DNA of 63,312 bases, the filler included, from Octopus bimaculoides (Eukaryota), in assembly GCF_001194135.2 (NCBI RefSeq). It is 6 parts of 5 records of this genome, joined end to end, with 100 filler letters (N's around TTAATTAATTAA, not from the genome) between each part and the next. Parts side by side here need not be neighbours in the genome. Positions count along the whole stretch, not along the records: positions 13,415 to 34,998 come from NC_068989.1; 5 more parts are not named here. One strand, written 5' to 3'. Made by a program: the position numbers and the translations under genes. A model generated the notes under the pieces. The model saw only the letters and a list, made by a program, of their open reading frames with translations. It had not been told where the DNA came from and made no database searches. Positions within the stretch are counted from its first letter, which is position 1. Each line of letters opens with the position of its first letter. This document shows positions 13,706 through 27,984 of the stretch, in pieces.

Positions 13706-13781
13706 ATGTCTGTCTATATATGTGCATATGTTGGTAGGTAGGCATGCTAGTGTGTATGTAGATAGTAGATACGGAAGTATA

Positions 13782-13826
13782 TACAGGGGTTGGACAAAAT
13801 AATGGAAACACCTTAAAATTTCAAAC
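13782..13826 (+). mobile_element. Tc1-like terminal inverted repeat stub
   Basis: TA followed by CAGGGGTTGGACAAAATAATGGAAACACC, cut by a gap; the partner TIR is not seen. Confidence 0.55.
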
Positions 13827-14568
13827 NNNNNNNNNNTATATATATATATATACATTATTAGTTAGAGGTTATGCAACCGTCTAAGGGGAAACTGTACCCG
13901 TAGGCACTACTGGTGTATTGCTTATCTATATATATGTCTTGCTATAAGGTTAGCAGTAGTTGGTTATTTAATACTAATGATCAACTGCTTATTGTGAGAC
14001 CCCGAATCCAGCGCTGATCTTCTAAAGCACACAGCCGCTATCTCACGTTCATATCCTTGAACTCAGAGGCTCAAAAGTAGAGAGTAGTATGCTTCTTTAT
14101 CGATTAATGGATGTAGACCAATCTAACCATAGCGAATCATTATTTGAGAATTGAGAATTTAAAAATACGTAGATGTGCACTGCAATTGTATATTGCAAAG
14201 AAACTAGAGTTGGTCTGTTCATGTAGAAACTTCTGCGTCAAAATTCGCGAAAGTCTAAGTTACAGCAAGTTAGTTGATTTGACGTGATGAAGGAAGATGT
14301 GTATTCAACGTTTCGGATATTCGCCCTTTCTCAAATTTAGAAATATTATAAAGATAATACTAAAAGTCAGGCGAAGGTCGTTCTATCGATTCCAATACAT
14401 GTAATCTTACTGATATCGAATCAATAGGATATGTAATACATAAACGGATATGGCTAAAACTTGTATGATACCTTATTATCCGGTACACTAGCAGAACAAT
14501 TTAATTCTAAGATGCGATTTCCAAATGACAATCATTAACATTTAATAAAAGTGTAAAATGGCCTTTTG

Positions 14569-14613
<45 letters not shown>

Positions 14614-16811
14614 CGCGCGCGTGTATATATATATGTGAGTATATACACACACAAACACACACATATATAATTATAGTGATTGTTATAGGTATATAATCCG
14701 TTTAAAATGTAAACATCGTGTGAGATTTCAAATTCATTTCAACTGCTCCTTCTCAAAATTACTTCTCAACCTGAATGACCCGGCGTAACTCTTTCCTAAT
14801 ATATCGCCATCTTTACTGCTGTAACGCCTTTGTGTCACGATGTCTGCTGAACATTTTTGACGTCTTATATATGCTCATGGACAAATATAGAAAATTATAT
14901 TGCGAAATTAGGTTTCGTACGAGTGGCAGCGTTAAACATTAGTGTTGTTGCTTCTAATGCTCCCTCTAATAACAAGAATAAAATAACAATTACATTTTGT
15001 GAATGTCAGTTATTATTTAAGGAATGATCGACGTATGGAAATTAAGTGTTAAAGAAAGACAACTCTTGCTTATTGGTGGCAACCTTTTTCACATGTCATT
15101 TGTGTGTATTTGCACTGTTACTTTGGCTCAGATTTATGCATACATACGTACGTTAAACACATGTACACACAGGCACACACATACACTCAGATACACACAC
15201 AGATGCATATCGATTCATACACATGTATATATATTCATGTCACATACAAATATGTATATGCTTGTATGTTTGTATAGATCCGTAGTGTTGCGCACTACTT
15301 TCTTCACCTACTCGTACACACACACACACACACACACACGTATACATCTATTCACATATACATCTATTCACATATACATATATACATATATTCATTCACC
15401 ATACATGTACACATATACATATACGTGTGCGTATGTGGGTATATGTATGCAGGCAAATACACACAATTATACACACACACACACACGCACACTCTCATAT
15501 ATATATATATATATATATCGTAGAGAGCATATGTTCAAAATGTGTCTGTTTACGAATATGTTTTTTTTTCAATAATTTGAACACAATACATATTCTTATA
15601 TTTTCAATGTACGTAAATACGTTTTATCTTCTCTGTTTTCTTTTGACGCTCAGCAGTTACTGAGAAATGTTGTTTAGTATATATCAGACAAGAAAAAAAA
15701 AAGAAATAAACAAAATGAAAAAGCATTAAAGACAGAATACAAAATGTAGACGATAATAATGTGAAGAATGGAATACACAAATTTAAAGAACCGTACACAC
15801 TATAAAGAATAATATGAAAATTCAATAATTTGAAAGAATTTGAAATAAATTGAAAATAATTTGTAAATAATTCGAAATAGTTTGAATATTTTTCAAATTA
15901 TAGAATTTCACGGATCATTGTTTGTATTGAAGCAACAAGTCAAGTTATTAATAATGGTGCTATTCTTGTGTTGAGATGATTTGACGTGTTTCCCTCCGCT
16001 TTCTTGGTATTTTGGAATTTTACCAAGATTCATCGAATAGTTCTAAGGTTATCTGAAATCGAGAGGCAAATTATGGAATTTGTAGGCGTCTACTCCATTA
16101 CCTTAGGGTAAGCAAATATTTTTTCTTTTCTGCATTCTTATTTAAATTTTAGGTACAGACTTTTTAAAATGGTTCCATCTTCTGAAGGGTTAACAGTAAG
16201 AGGGAACCGTGAACATACGGTATGTTTTCAGTGGAATATGTATTTATACAAATGTAACATAGTTTTAAGACAATTTACTGTTGGTTACAAAATATATGGG
16301 GAAAATATGTAGCAATCTCAAAGGTCCTTCTTCAACACGAATTTTTATGTCATACGGCTTCGCTGCTCACAGGCTGCCAGAAATGAAATAATATAAAATG
16401 TTTTATCGTATATTCATCTCAATTCTTCATTGAGGGGCATATAATTTTTGTGATTTTTGTGGTATACCATGTAACGCAGAAAATATTTACATTCCTTCTA
16501 ATTACATTTTTTTGAATGATTTTTCGAACGCAATATCTGAAGCCAGCGAAATCCTCTCAGGAATCGTTTACCTTTAACTTGCTTCAGTGATTGGTCTGAG
16601 GTCTTACCGGGGACCCGTCATGAAGAATTTAGTCACAGAACTCAAACTCAACAACTATTTTTTAAAGTCTGGTACTCATTCTTTTGGCTGCTGTTACCGA
16701 TTTGCTAAGTTACAGGGACGTAGTGGGGCGCAAATACAACACAAAGACAAAGAACACAAACTTACACGGTATATATACATGTTTCCTTCAGTTTCAGTTT
16801 GCGAAATACAC

Positions 16812-16918
16812 TCACAAGCTTCTCAGCCAGACAGCCACGCCTGCGCCTATACAACGCCTGCGCCTATGCCACACCTGCGCTTATGCCACACCTGCACCTA
16901 TGCCACACCTGCGCCTAT
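16812..16918 (-). repeat. SINE-B 5' stub whose first 17 nt are repeated five times in tandem
   Basis: Units GCCACACCTGCGCCTAT at 16834, 16851, 16868, 16885 and 16902 are the reverse complement of the SINE-B start ATAGGCGCAGGCGTGGC seen at 32649. Confidence 0.8.
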
Positions 16919-17665
16919 GTATAAATGCAATCGTTTATTAAAAGTGCCACAATACTAGACTAATTATAGCCGAGTCTTTACCTAAGGAAATAATATGATT
17001 TTCTGTGGAATGTTGTCGACTGAATAAACTTCTGTACATGATAAGTTATGTAAGAAATACTGTTCGAAACACAAATGGCGAAATCTATGACACAACATTT
17101 TGAATATAAACTTTGAAGCAACAAAACTAAGTACCGATGTTCTACGAATTTTTTTCTTCTTGCCTCTATTGTAAGGAAATATGTATAGAGTATTGAATGA
17201 ACACCAGTATTATAGTCATATATATGCATACTATTTTAATATACGCACGTACACACACAAATGCACACCGTGTGTATTCAACGTAAAGAAACGTTATTCA
17301 GTAGTTTAATTTATCAGCATTTCTATATTTTCTGCCTGAGAGATTAGGCTAAGAACGTAGCTTATTTTCTAAACTCACTATCAATTATTGCCTCAGATGT
17401 TTTGTGCTTGACAATTTATCTTCTCTTTCTAAATCTTCTTTATTCTCAGTCAATTGCAAACATATAATTGTATATGGTAATTAGTATTAAGCTCTTTTAA
17501 AATATGTATTCCAGACAGTTGAGTAAATTATCTATGCATCTGTATGAATGACTGTATCTATCTTTATTTCTATCAATGAATCTATGTCGTCTCCCTTCTT
17601 TCTTTATATATGTGTGTGCGTATAAATATACGTATACCTACATACATAACTATCTACTTAAATGC

Positions 17666-17736
<71 letters not shown>

Positions 17737-17873
17737 AATGTGTGTATGTGTTTGAGGCTGGAAAGAAAGATCTGTCACATTTTTGACACGATTTCTTTCA
17801 GGGGACATTTTCAATACTTACAGTGAAATAAGCATTAATTGCACTTTTCTTTCTTTGCAGATTACTTTATGCT

Positions 17874-17947
17874 GTGGAGACGCAGTGACCCAGTGGTTAG
17901 GGCAGCGGACTCGTGGTCATAGTATCGCGGTTTCAATTCGCAGACCG
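17874..17947 (+). mobile_element. SINE family D 5' stub (GTGGAGGCGCAATGGCCCAGTGGTTAGGGCAGCGG...)
   Basis: Matches 59564-59658; A/B-box-like motifs. Confidence 0.7.
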
Positions 17948-18014
17948 TACTTTCTGCTTATCAGTGCAAATAGATTTGTTACTGTACCATTTCTGGATAG
18001 AATAATCACAAGTG

Positions 18015-18230
18015 ATTAGAAACGGGTTCTCTACAATGGTATCCAATGAAAATAACAATGGCTAATGTCCAACTAAAAAAGAGAATTCACCCCGCAAACT
18101 AGGACTATACCCACAAGTTATGCTCTATGTTCAGCGGGATATGGAGAGTGTTGTCTATCATGAAGTTTTAAACCAAAACGAAACGGTTCATGCAAAGTAT
18201 TCTCGCCAAATGGAAACAAATAAAACTACA
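18015..18230 (+). mobile_element. Mariner transposase fragment
   Basis: GLYPQVMLYVQRDMESVVYHEVLNQNETV resembles the mariner KVMLCVWWD.KGV.Y.ELL...ETI segment. Confidence 0.65.
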
Positions 18231-18685
18231 CATAATAGCATCTAAATATTGGCTTAAAAACCGAAAAAGAGTTATGTTTGCGTAGGTATATATATATATG
18301 TATGTATTTGTCTGTGTGTGCTTGTGTGCATTTGTGTGTGTGTGTGTGTATGTGTTTAAGTGCTACCATTTCGTGACATATGACTATTTGAGGAGGAATT
18401 TTCAATACTTAATAAGCATTAATTGCACTTTTCTCTATTTAGATTTGCAATTTAACATTTTTCTTGAAATATAAAACCATGAGAAAGTAAAACACTTATA
18501 AATAGTTTTACGATCTGCCGACTTTATTTAGGACCACTTTATTTAGATTTGGCTTTCATAAGCAAAAGAGGCCGATAGAATATGTAACAGGCGTAAAATA
18601 AATAAGTATTGGGGTCAATTTGTTCGGTTAAAATTCTTCAAGGCGGTGCCCCAGCATGAGCGTAGTCTGATGGCTGAAACAAAAT

Positions 18686-18985
18686 GGCACCTCGTCGGTT
18701 ACAACGACGAGGTGATCTGATCAATGGAACAACCTGTTTGTGAAATAAGCGTGTAAGTGGCTGAGTACACCAACGTATTTCTCAGGAAGATTCAGCGTGA
18801 CACAGAATGTGACAAGGCTGGCTGGCCCTTTAAAGTGCAGGCACTACTCATTTTTGCTAGCTGAGTGGACTGGAGCAACATGGGATGTGAAATCAAGCTC
18901 AAGAATATAACGCATCGTCAAAAATCGAACTCACGACCTTATGATTGTGAGCCGAATGTCCTAACCTCTAAGCTACGTGTCTACA
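18686..18985 (-). mobile_element. SINE family C copy (preceded by a SINE-B 3' piece at ~18550-18685)
   Basis: Reverse-complement match to 10058-10382. Confidence 0.8.
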
Positions 18986-19396
18986 CTGGCCGAAACAGGA
19001 TGAAAGATAAATGGTAAAAAAAAAGTGGTTGGAATTTAATGCCAGATTGAACTTGTGACGAAAATATATCAGTTAATCACTTACGGATCACCTGGTGATC
19101 ATTGTGGCCTGAACTTCGAGTAGCAAGAACTTAATTCACCATTTTACTAAAGCGTTATGTAGTGTGATTGGTCGATAAACTGCGCGAGGAACGAAGCGAG
19201 ATTCTTAACTCTGCCGTGATGCTTCGTAGAATATTTTTGAAGCCTAATTTACTTGGACAGACTTTAATTGCAAACCTGTTGGACATCATTTATGAAGATA
19301 CACTTCATTATGTCCTAGCAATGAGACGAATGAGACAGGTTTGACTAATTAACGTAGATAATTAAAGTGAAATATGTATGTATTCATATATATATG

Positions 19397-19431
<35 letters not shown>

Positions 19432-19445
19432 GTATACACATTTAT

Positions 19446-19494
<49 letters not shown>

Positions 19495-19594
19495 CATATA
19501 TATATACACCCACATACACTCCTTATATGTATGAGCATATTAACATACAGATGCATTCACACATAAATTAAATATCTTTACACATATATGCATG

Positions 19595-19642
<48 letters not shown>

Positions 19643-19873
19643 NNNNNNNNNNNNNNNNNNNNNNNNNNNNNNNNNNNNNNNNNNNNNNNNNNNNNNNNNN
19701 NNNNNNNNNNNNNNNNNNNNNNNNNNNNNNNNNNNNNNNNNNNNNNNNNNNNNNATATATATATATATATATATATAAGTATATATAAATGTATATATAT
19801 AAGTATATATATATATAAGTATATATATATATGTATATATATAAGTATATATATATATATATATATATAAGTA

Positions 19874-19905
<32 letters not shown>

Positions 19906-21041
19906 CGCAGACAGATACACACATATATATACACAGACATACACATACAAACACACTCACTGTTTCACATACACACATGCACACATATGTATATATATAT
20001 ACATACAGACACATTCACAGGCGAAGGAGAAATAATCTACGTGATCTTCGCACACGATAAAACTAACGCTCAAATATATAATCGTGTCTACGTCGACTAC
20101 TTAAGAGCCTCGTATCTACGTGGTTCATCGCCTACAGAAGGAAACAAAAATTAAAAAACAACATATTAGACATGGCACTTTAAAGACACAATGTCTACAA
20201 TAAGAAAAACATACTGGAGTTAATAAGCGACCTTTGATCACAGTCTACTCTCATTTAAAGCTGAATTGCAGCTAAACAACGCCTACAACTTTGACGACCA
20301 TGTGCTAAAAGGAAACCCTTGCATGGCCTCTTGCCTTTTAGAAATAGCAGCTAAATATCTCTAATAATACATCAGTTTGAAAGATCTGATATATTATTAT
20401 ATAATGCATTTTGCGAGAATTTCAGGAGGTAAAAGATACAGGTCTTTTGACGATTGGAAGTCTGAGCCATAGACCTGGTTCGTGAGGGAGAATTTAGCGC
20501 TGAATCTCGCCTCTATCGCTACCACCAGGATGATGAAAGAGGGTGAAAAGAGGAAATAAGAAATGATGAAAGATGTGTACAGATACTGAATTAAATGGAG
20601 AAAGTCGTTGAGTCTCCATTATTCCTACCTCCGAAAAACGATCCAGAATTACAGGAATGGTGCAGAAATAGGTACGACTATTGGCGAAACCACACTAATA
20701 CCTACCTACCTACCTACCTACCTACCTACCTATATATATANNNNNNNNNNNNNNNNNNNNNNNNNNNNNNNNNNNNNNNNNNNNNNNNNNNNNNNNNNNN
20801 NNNNNNNNNNNNNNNNNNNNNNNNNNNNNNNNNNNNNNNNNNNNNNNNNNNNNNNNNNNNNNNNNNNNNNNNNNNNNNNNNNNNNNNNNNNNNNNNNNNN
20901 NNNNNNNNNNNNNNNNNNNNNNNNNNNNNNNNNNNNNNNNNNNNNNNNNNNNNNNNNNNNNNNNNNNNNNNNNNNNNNNNNNNNNNNNNNNNNNNNNNNN
21001 NNNNNNNNNNNNNNNNNNNNNNNNNNNNNNNNNNNNNNNNN

Positions 21042-21872
21042 CGTTGCGATCGTGAAATCACGCCAGTGCTCATTTAACTTGAAATTCACGTCCGAATCTA
21101 TCGCGTCCACAAGGTGTTGGAGAGAGTTCCGAGTGTAAAGTGATTTGAAGGCACGGATCACGCCTTGATCCATAAGCTGGATGAGGGAGGTGGTGTTAGC
21201 AGAGAGGAACTTGACTTGGACTCCCTCGTGATTCAAATCCAAAGAGGGACTACTCACGTTATCGATAACAAGCAACACCTTCAACTCCATGCATAGATTT
21301 TAGAGGTATTCCTTGGCTTGTGAGTTGAAGCATTGGTGAAACCAATCGAAAGTTTTGGTAATCAAGGACTTGGGTTGTGCATCCAGTGGACCGGTAGCAG
21401 GTTTTTATTCTTATATTCTTATTTTTGAAGGCCTTCGGGTTCGCGACTAGTAGATAAGTCCTGGTTTCAACATGAAGCAAGCAGCATTGCCACACATAAT
21501 TATCGTCACTCTGTCCTTCTGTGCCTTAAATCCTGGGGTTCTGGCTTTGTCCTTCATGATGTACGTTCTGGAAGGCATCTTCTCTCAGAATAAGCCAGTC
21601 TCACCCATATTGAAAGCATGTTCCGGCGTGTATCCCTTGTCCTCGATGATCTGCCTGAAGGTCTCAAGATATTTCTCGGTAGCTCTTTGTCAGCTGATAC
21701 TATTTTCTCCATGAAGAGAAAAACATTTTATGTTAATCCGTTTCTAGAAACGGTCAAATCATTCGTTGTTGGCTTGAACATCTTCGGGCTCCAGTGCTGT
21801 CAATGGTCTTGATTGCAATTCTTCGATGTCTTCTGCTCCGTCTCCCCTGTCGAACTTCTGGTATAGCTTCCG
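21042..21872 (-). mobile_element. Tigger/pogo transposase pseudogene fragment (DDE_1 domain)
   Basis: KVLLVIDN...VKFLSANTTSLIQLMDQGVIRAFK; upstream AFNMGETGLF, KAQKDRVTIIMCGNA and PKAFKNKN with frameshifts. Confidence 0.9.
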
Positions 21873-21881
21873 TTCTTTCTC

Positions 21882-21947
<66 letters not shown>

Positions 21948-22034
21948 TATATCGTACCAGTAATACTTACGCTATCGATGACAAGTCTCTCTCTCCCTCT
22001 CCATCATTATTATCATAGCATAAATGACTGTATC

Positions 22035-22071
<37 letters not shown>

Positions 22072-22779
22072 GGGGTGAGTAAATAATTTGCTTAAAATCG
22101 TCAAACCAATTATAAACATTTCAATCCTTGTGATATAATTCTATCAGTAGTGTGTACAATTCAAATGAATTTAATACTGAAAGTAATTTAATAGATATTT
22201 TTAAAAATGTGTGAAAAAATCGGAAATATATGTTACATTACGTTACAAATCAATTATAACTTAATTATATTTGAATTAATTGCCGCTGACTGATTTAGAC
22301 ACATATAAAATTATCGAATTTTCACCATAAGAACCTATATCGCAAATATTAAATGCGTATTGTAATAAAAAAAAATATCACAGTTTAAAAATTTCTGTAA
22401 AATATTAATTATTAAAATAGGAAATAAACAACTGCAACTTTGCAAATCTATTCTTATCGATTCTTAAATGGGTTGAAAGTTATTTGGAAAGACTTCAAAA
22501 GCTTTTTATAAGTAGCCACTATACGTAGTATCCATAAATTATCTTTACAACTCCTACAATTTATTGTCTAGATGTGTGGCGTGCAGCCAATGGAGCCCAT
22601 GTGGAAGTGTTATTTTTTATAACACTTTATTTGTTTACCTATGTTTTCCAATTAACTCTGCAAAATTATCCTTATTTTTTCTGAATTTTGTAAATTGTAA
22701 AAATAATTTATGGACATCCTCTACGTATATCCATTGTTCTTACTGGTGTAATTAATAATGTTGAAAATTCAGATGATTA

Positions 22780-23910
22780 CAATCGTAAAAATATGCCTGA
22801 CGGCTTAAGTTCTGGATATTCCGAATTTTTTCCACCTAGGTTAGAATGATATATGAGCACGTAGAACACTGTTTGATTACATCATATTGCTCTGCATATT
22901 ATATTTGTTGGGAGACATTTTGAAAACCCACATTGGTAAACGATGTCCTGAAATTTAAAATACGGAACAGCAGATTAGGAGTGAACAATTACAGCGATTG
23001 AGCTGTACAAATCATTAAATATTAGAAGCAAAACTCTAATGTTCCCGTCTGTTATTAGTTTAAAGTCGCATTCAGCTTGCAGACTGAAGAAATTTCTATC
23101 CCGTGCTCAAGTACGATGAACTACCAAATAAGTTGGAGATTGGAAAAAAAAAAGCTTTAGTGAAATGAATTTGAACGACACATTTGAAGCTTTAACCAGT
23201 TTGCTTGAGCATGTGTTAACAATCGAAAGGCCCGCGTATCGGACACCAGTTAGTTTCAGGGGTCACTGGGAGAGAATACGCATCTCTTGATAATTTTATA
23301 GAGCACTGTCTACTGGATAGGCTGACTAGTATATAACCGTCAACATTCGATTTATGCCCTTTCATCTCGGGATCATCAGCACCAATAAAATTATGAAGTC
23401 CTGCATCCCTGACTTGCAATAAAAGCAATCATGTACCTCCCTTGCGCCAATACCACACTTCTCTAACCAGCTTCTATTAACACCTACTTCAAAGATCGTG
23501 CTTGTAAACATTTTCAACTTGTCTTGTTTTGATCCCTTCATTTTACCGAAAAGAAAGGGAAATTGATTTAAATGAAGAATCACGAAAAGTACTCGAGAAA
23601 AGTAAACCTTTCGGTTTTTAGTAGTACAAATGCCATTTTTATTTTCTTGGCGTCTGTTGCATTTCAACTCACCGTGTGACGTACCTGGGCAAAAAAAAAT
23701 CTCCTTACATCGTCACTGTGACGACAAATGAAGAAGTTGTTAAAGATTTAGAAATAATATTTAATCCGTTAAAAGATTATAACTTAAAATTTCAGACTAT
23801 ACAATGCGATTTCTATTGCAGAGTATTCAGTTGTTTTCGCTATAGTGCTAGCATTCCTGGTAAAAGATTGTGTTGCAAAATACAGATGCTGTCAACACGT
23901 TATTAATTCC
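22780..23910 (+). mobile_element. Highly decayed Ty3/Gypsy-like LTR retrotransposon relic (gag-like and RT palm remnants)
   Basis: TNEEVVKDLEIIFNPLKDYNLKFQTIQCDF resembles Gypsy RT (EEHL.HL..VF.RL....LK....KC.F); weak gag-like pieces upstream; no LTRs found. Confidence 0.45.
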
Positions 23911-25113
23911 AAAAATGTGGATAAAATGCGGATAGAATATGTTTCTTAAATTGGATATTATTGGACGTTCATTAAATACATAGCAAAGGTAAATTTTACT
24001 GTCATCGTGTAATTTATGGAAAAAGAAAACGCCTCTCAAATATCTAAATGATTGCCTGCAACATTTTAGACAAGTTAGAACGATAATAGATTGAGGCCAA
24101 AAAATCTCACAAATTACAACAAAAATCCACCAATAATTGTCTGCACCCGATGCCTCATTTGACTGAATTGGAGTTGTTCTGCTATGACGCAAAGTAAAAT
24201 TGAATGAACATCAACAACGATATTCTGATATCGATAAAGTGATCTTATCTACTATATTCGATCTTCGTAAATTTAATCTATTCTTGTATGGATAACATTT
24301 TTAGTTAATCACCAATAACAAGCCATTAATGTGCATAGATGTGGATGAAAATATAGAATTATTTACGTGGCAATGACAACAAGTTTGGCGATGTTATTGG
24401 CGTTGTACTAATAGACTGTGCACGATAAAGCTTCGAAGCAACGAGATAAAGCTGATAATACTAACATATTATTAAGGCTACAACTTTTATTCAATCTGGC
24501 TTCCAAATACATTTTATTCTTCATGAATATCTTGATGAAACGCCAGTTATTAGTAAAGACATTAAATCCGCCATTAAGTCTGATATCGATATTATTCGTA
24601 TTAACAAGCAAATCATTGGTAATGGATGACTGTAAACCCCAAGTATTGAAGGCGAAAAGCTAAAAGAATATTGTATAAAAATTGATGCAATTAATTATGA
24701 TGGGGCTTATTAAATTTTCCAGTCAAATTTTCGAAGAGGAATTTCTTTCAGAAATAATGCAAAATAAATTTCGACTCTGCTGTATGAAGTCATTGAGGTT
24801 TAGCTTGAATGAAATAAATGTGCTGCAGACGCCATTACAGAACGAAAATATAATCCAGTATAATTCAATTGTGAGATCAGTTTTAGTATATCAGTTACTT
24901 GTTAATCCACTTGATAAATGAATTGATGAATGGCCGAAAACATTTCATCATGACAGCCGGTACGACTACGACTACGACGGTGTATATTATGATAATATGT
25001 TTTATCTTTTATCTTGTATTTGCTTCAATCAATGGATTGCAACTATCATGCTGGGCACAAACATGAACACAGAGATACATACACACACACACGCACACCC
25101 GCACACACGCCCG

Positions 25114-25185
<72 letters not shown>

Positions 25186-25385
25186 NNNNNNNNNNNNNNN
25201 NNNNNNNNNNNNNNNNNNNNNNNNNNNNNNNNNNNNNNNNNNNNNNNNNNNNNNNNNNNNNNNNNNNNNNNNNNNNNNNNNNNNNNNNNNNNNNNNNNNN
25301 NNNNNNNNNNNNNNNNNNNNNNNNNNNNNNNNNNNNNNNNNNNNNNNNNNNNNNNNNNNNNNNNNNNNNNNNNNNNNNNNNNNNN

Positions 25386-25424
<39 letters not shown>

Positions 25425-25429
25425 TTGTG

Positions 25430-25586
25430 TGTTTGTGTTTGTCCCCCGGACATCGCAACGATGGTGGTGTGTTTACGTCCCCGTAACTCAGTGGTTCTGC
25501 AAAACTGATCGATAGATTAAGTACTAACCTACAAAGAATAAGTTCTGGGGGTCAATTTGATCGACTAAAGGCGATGCTCCAGCATG
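25430..25586 (+). mobile_element. SINE family B, 3' half
   Basis: Homology to 12247-12440. Confidence 0.75.
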
Positions 25587-26214
25587 ATATGTATGTGTGT
25601 GTGTGTGTGTGATCGCGTGTGTGCATGTGTATGAGAAGAATACATATGAAGTTGTATTTAATTCAAAATTAGTATACTTAACCGGTTTCACATTTCTCTG
25701 ATTTCAAAACGTGTAAATTATGAAACTTCATATATATTCTATGAGTATGTTTATCTTCATTCATTTCTTCTGTACAACTACTTGTATGGATTAGTAACGA
25801 TGTATGTATGTATGTATATTGAACGGGTGTATACACAGTTTACATCTACCAAATTTACTAGGGGCTATAGTAGAAGTTATTTGCTCAAGTTGATTCGCAG
25901 TGGTATTAAACCCGAAACTACACTGTCACAACGTGAGCTCCTTAACCACACAGCTTTACCTGTATCTCATAGATTTGTTCTCGAAGTTCATGCCGTCTGA
26001 ACTTAAGCAATTTTGTTATCAAACCTGCATTTAACAATTGATGTCCATCTGTTTTTCATTCTGTCCCATAGCAGTTTTCTTCGTTCAAACGACGAAAGAA
26101 GACAATCCAATGTTTTAGACAAAAATCATTTATAAAAGAATAACATTACATCTCGTTTAACACAAAAAGACACATAAATTTAAAAGCATTCATATATTTA
26201 TTTCGTTATTTCCC

Positions 26215-26410
26215 GGGGGCTAAACATAGAGGGGAAAACAAAGATAGACAATGGGATTACGTCGATTACATCAACCCAACTGGTACTTATCTAATCGACC
26301 TCGGAAGGATGAAAGGCAAAGTCGACCTCGGTGGAATTTGAACTCAGAACGTAACGCCAGACGAAATACCGCAAAGCATTTCACCCGGCGTTCTAAAGAT
26401 TCTGCCAGCA
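26215..26410 (-). mobile_element. SINE family A variant with a different 3' end
   Basis: GGAATTTGAACTCAGAACGT...GATTCTGCCAG core matches family A. Confidence 0.75.
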
Positions 26411-26459
26411 TTCATATATTATAGGTGCGAGCATGATTGTGTGTTAAGAAGTCAGCACT

Positions 26460-27480
26460 CTTCTACCACTATCTTCCTAATCAGATTCACCTTGTCTGTG
26501 TCATCAAAACACTGTCCCCAAAGACTGACCGTCATTGGACCGAACAAGTGGAAGTCAGAAGAAGCAAGATCCGAGCCGCATGGCGAATGCAGGAACCACT
26601 GACCAACACAGTTTGCCATTTGTATTACTTGTTGCCTTAGATGGTCGTGCATTTTCATGGCCAATGTGGATTGCTTGCAGATTTTTGGCCAGTCTTTTCC
26701 TCCTAATGCGTTCTCTAAGCTTTTTGAATGTCTCAATGTTCCGCTCTTTCTTCACGATACAATCAGTTTCAAGAAAACTAACGAAGACGACGCCCTTACA
26801 TTCCAAACACTCAGCATGAACAGCTGTGCCAATCGTTGGCTCTTGAACGTCTCCGTTCTTCGAGAAGAGGTGTAATGCCATTCCATGGATTGGAAGTCTG
26901 TTTCCAGATCATAAATGTATGCCACATTTTATCCCCTGACACATCATATTGTAAAATAGCGTTTCTATATTGGTTACAGATGCTTCCAAAAATCAAGCAA
27001 ACTTCCACCCTCCTCTCTTTGAAATCAAGTCTCAGTCGCTGGTGCACTCCCCTTTGCATTCACCGGGACACAAAATCTTCCAGCTTTTTCTTTACTGCAT
27101 CGTCACCACAGCCCAGCTGTGTAGAAAACTTTCGAATTGTGACTCATATCTCCACGCGAATCAAGTCGTCCATTTGCTACAGATGTGTGTCAGTTGTGGG
27201 AGTCTACAACAGCGTAACTTGTTTTCAATGCCCCTCTCTTCTTCATTAAACCGCTTCATCTACTTATGCACGTTACTCTTGTCACCCTAAGACTGCTCTA
27301 AACTTCTGTAGATGTCGGACAACCTGCAGCCATCCTTCATCAAGAATTCAATGATGGTACAACGCTTCTGCTTGCAGCATATAGTTTGCATGAAATGAAG
27401 AACAGCAAGAAAAGTTAGTGTAGAGGAGGTTGCTATAGGAACATGAGCAGCTTGAATGACATATGCCTATAGATAGATAA
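26460..27480 (-). mobile_element. Decayed mariner transposon (transposase pseudogene)
   Basis: Frameshifted motifs SGD(K)..W, KGVVFVSFLE, HENARP, HSPCGSDLASSDFHLFGPM (equivalent to HPPYSPDLAPSDFHLFGP). Confidence 0.85.
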
Positions 27481-27984
27481 GTTATGTCCTCCATTGCATA
27501 ACCTTCGGTAGAAAGCTTCCAAATGTCGATTTTCCAAACGTCAGTAGCATAAAAGAAAGCTCTTGTATTCTTATCTCACAGCCCAAATTCTTTCCCCCCA
27601 CTTTCTCTCTCTCTCTCTCTCTCTCTNNNNNNNNNNNNNNNNNNNNNNNNNNNNNNNNNNNNNNNNNNNNNNNNNNNNNNNNNNNNNNNNNNNNNNNNNN
27701 NNNNNNNNNNNNNNNNNNNNNNNNNNNNNNNNNNNNNNNNNNNNNNNNNNNNNNNNNNNNNNNNNNNNNNNNNNNNNNNNNNNNNNNNNNNNNNNNNNNN
27801 NNNNNNNNNNNNNNNNNNNNNNNNNNNNNNNNNNNNNNNNNNNNNNNNNNNNNNNNNNNNNNNNNNNNNNNNNNNNNNNNNNNNNNNNNNNNNNNNNNNN
27901 NNNNNNNNNNNNNNNNNNNNNNNNNNNNNNNNNNNNNNNNNNNNNNNNNNNNNNNNNNNNNNNNNNNNNNNNNNNNATTACGTC

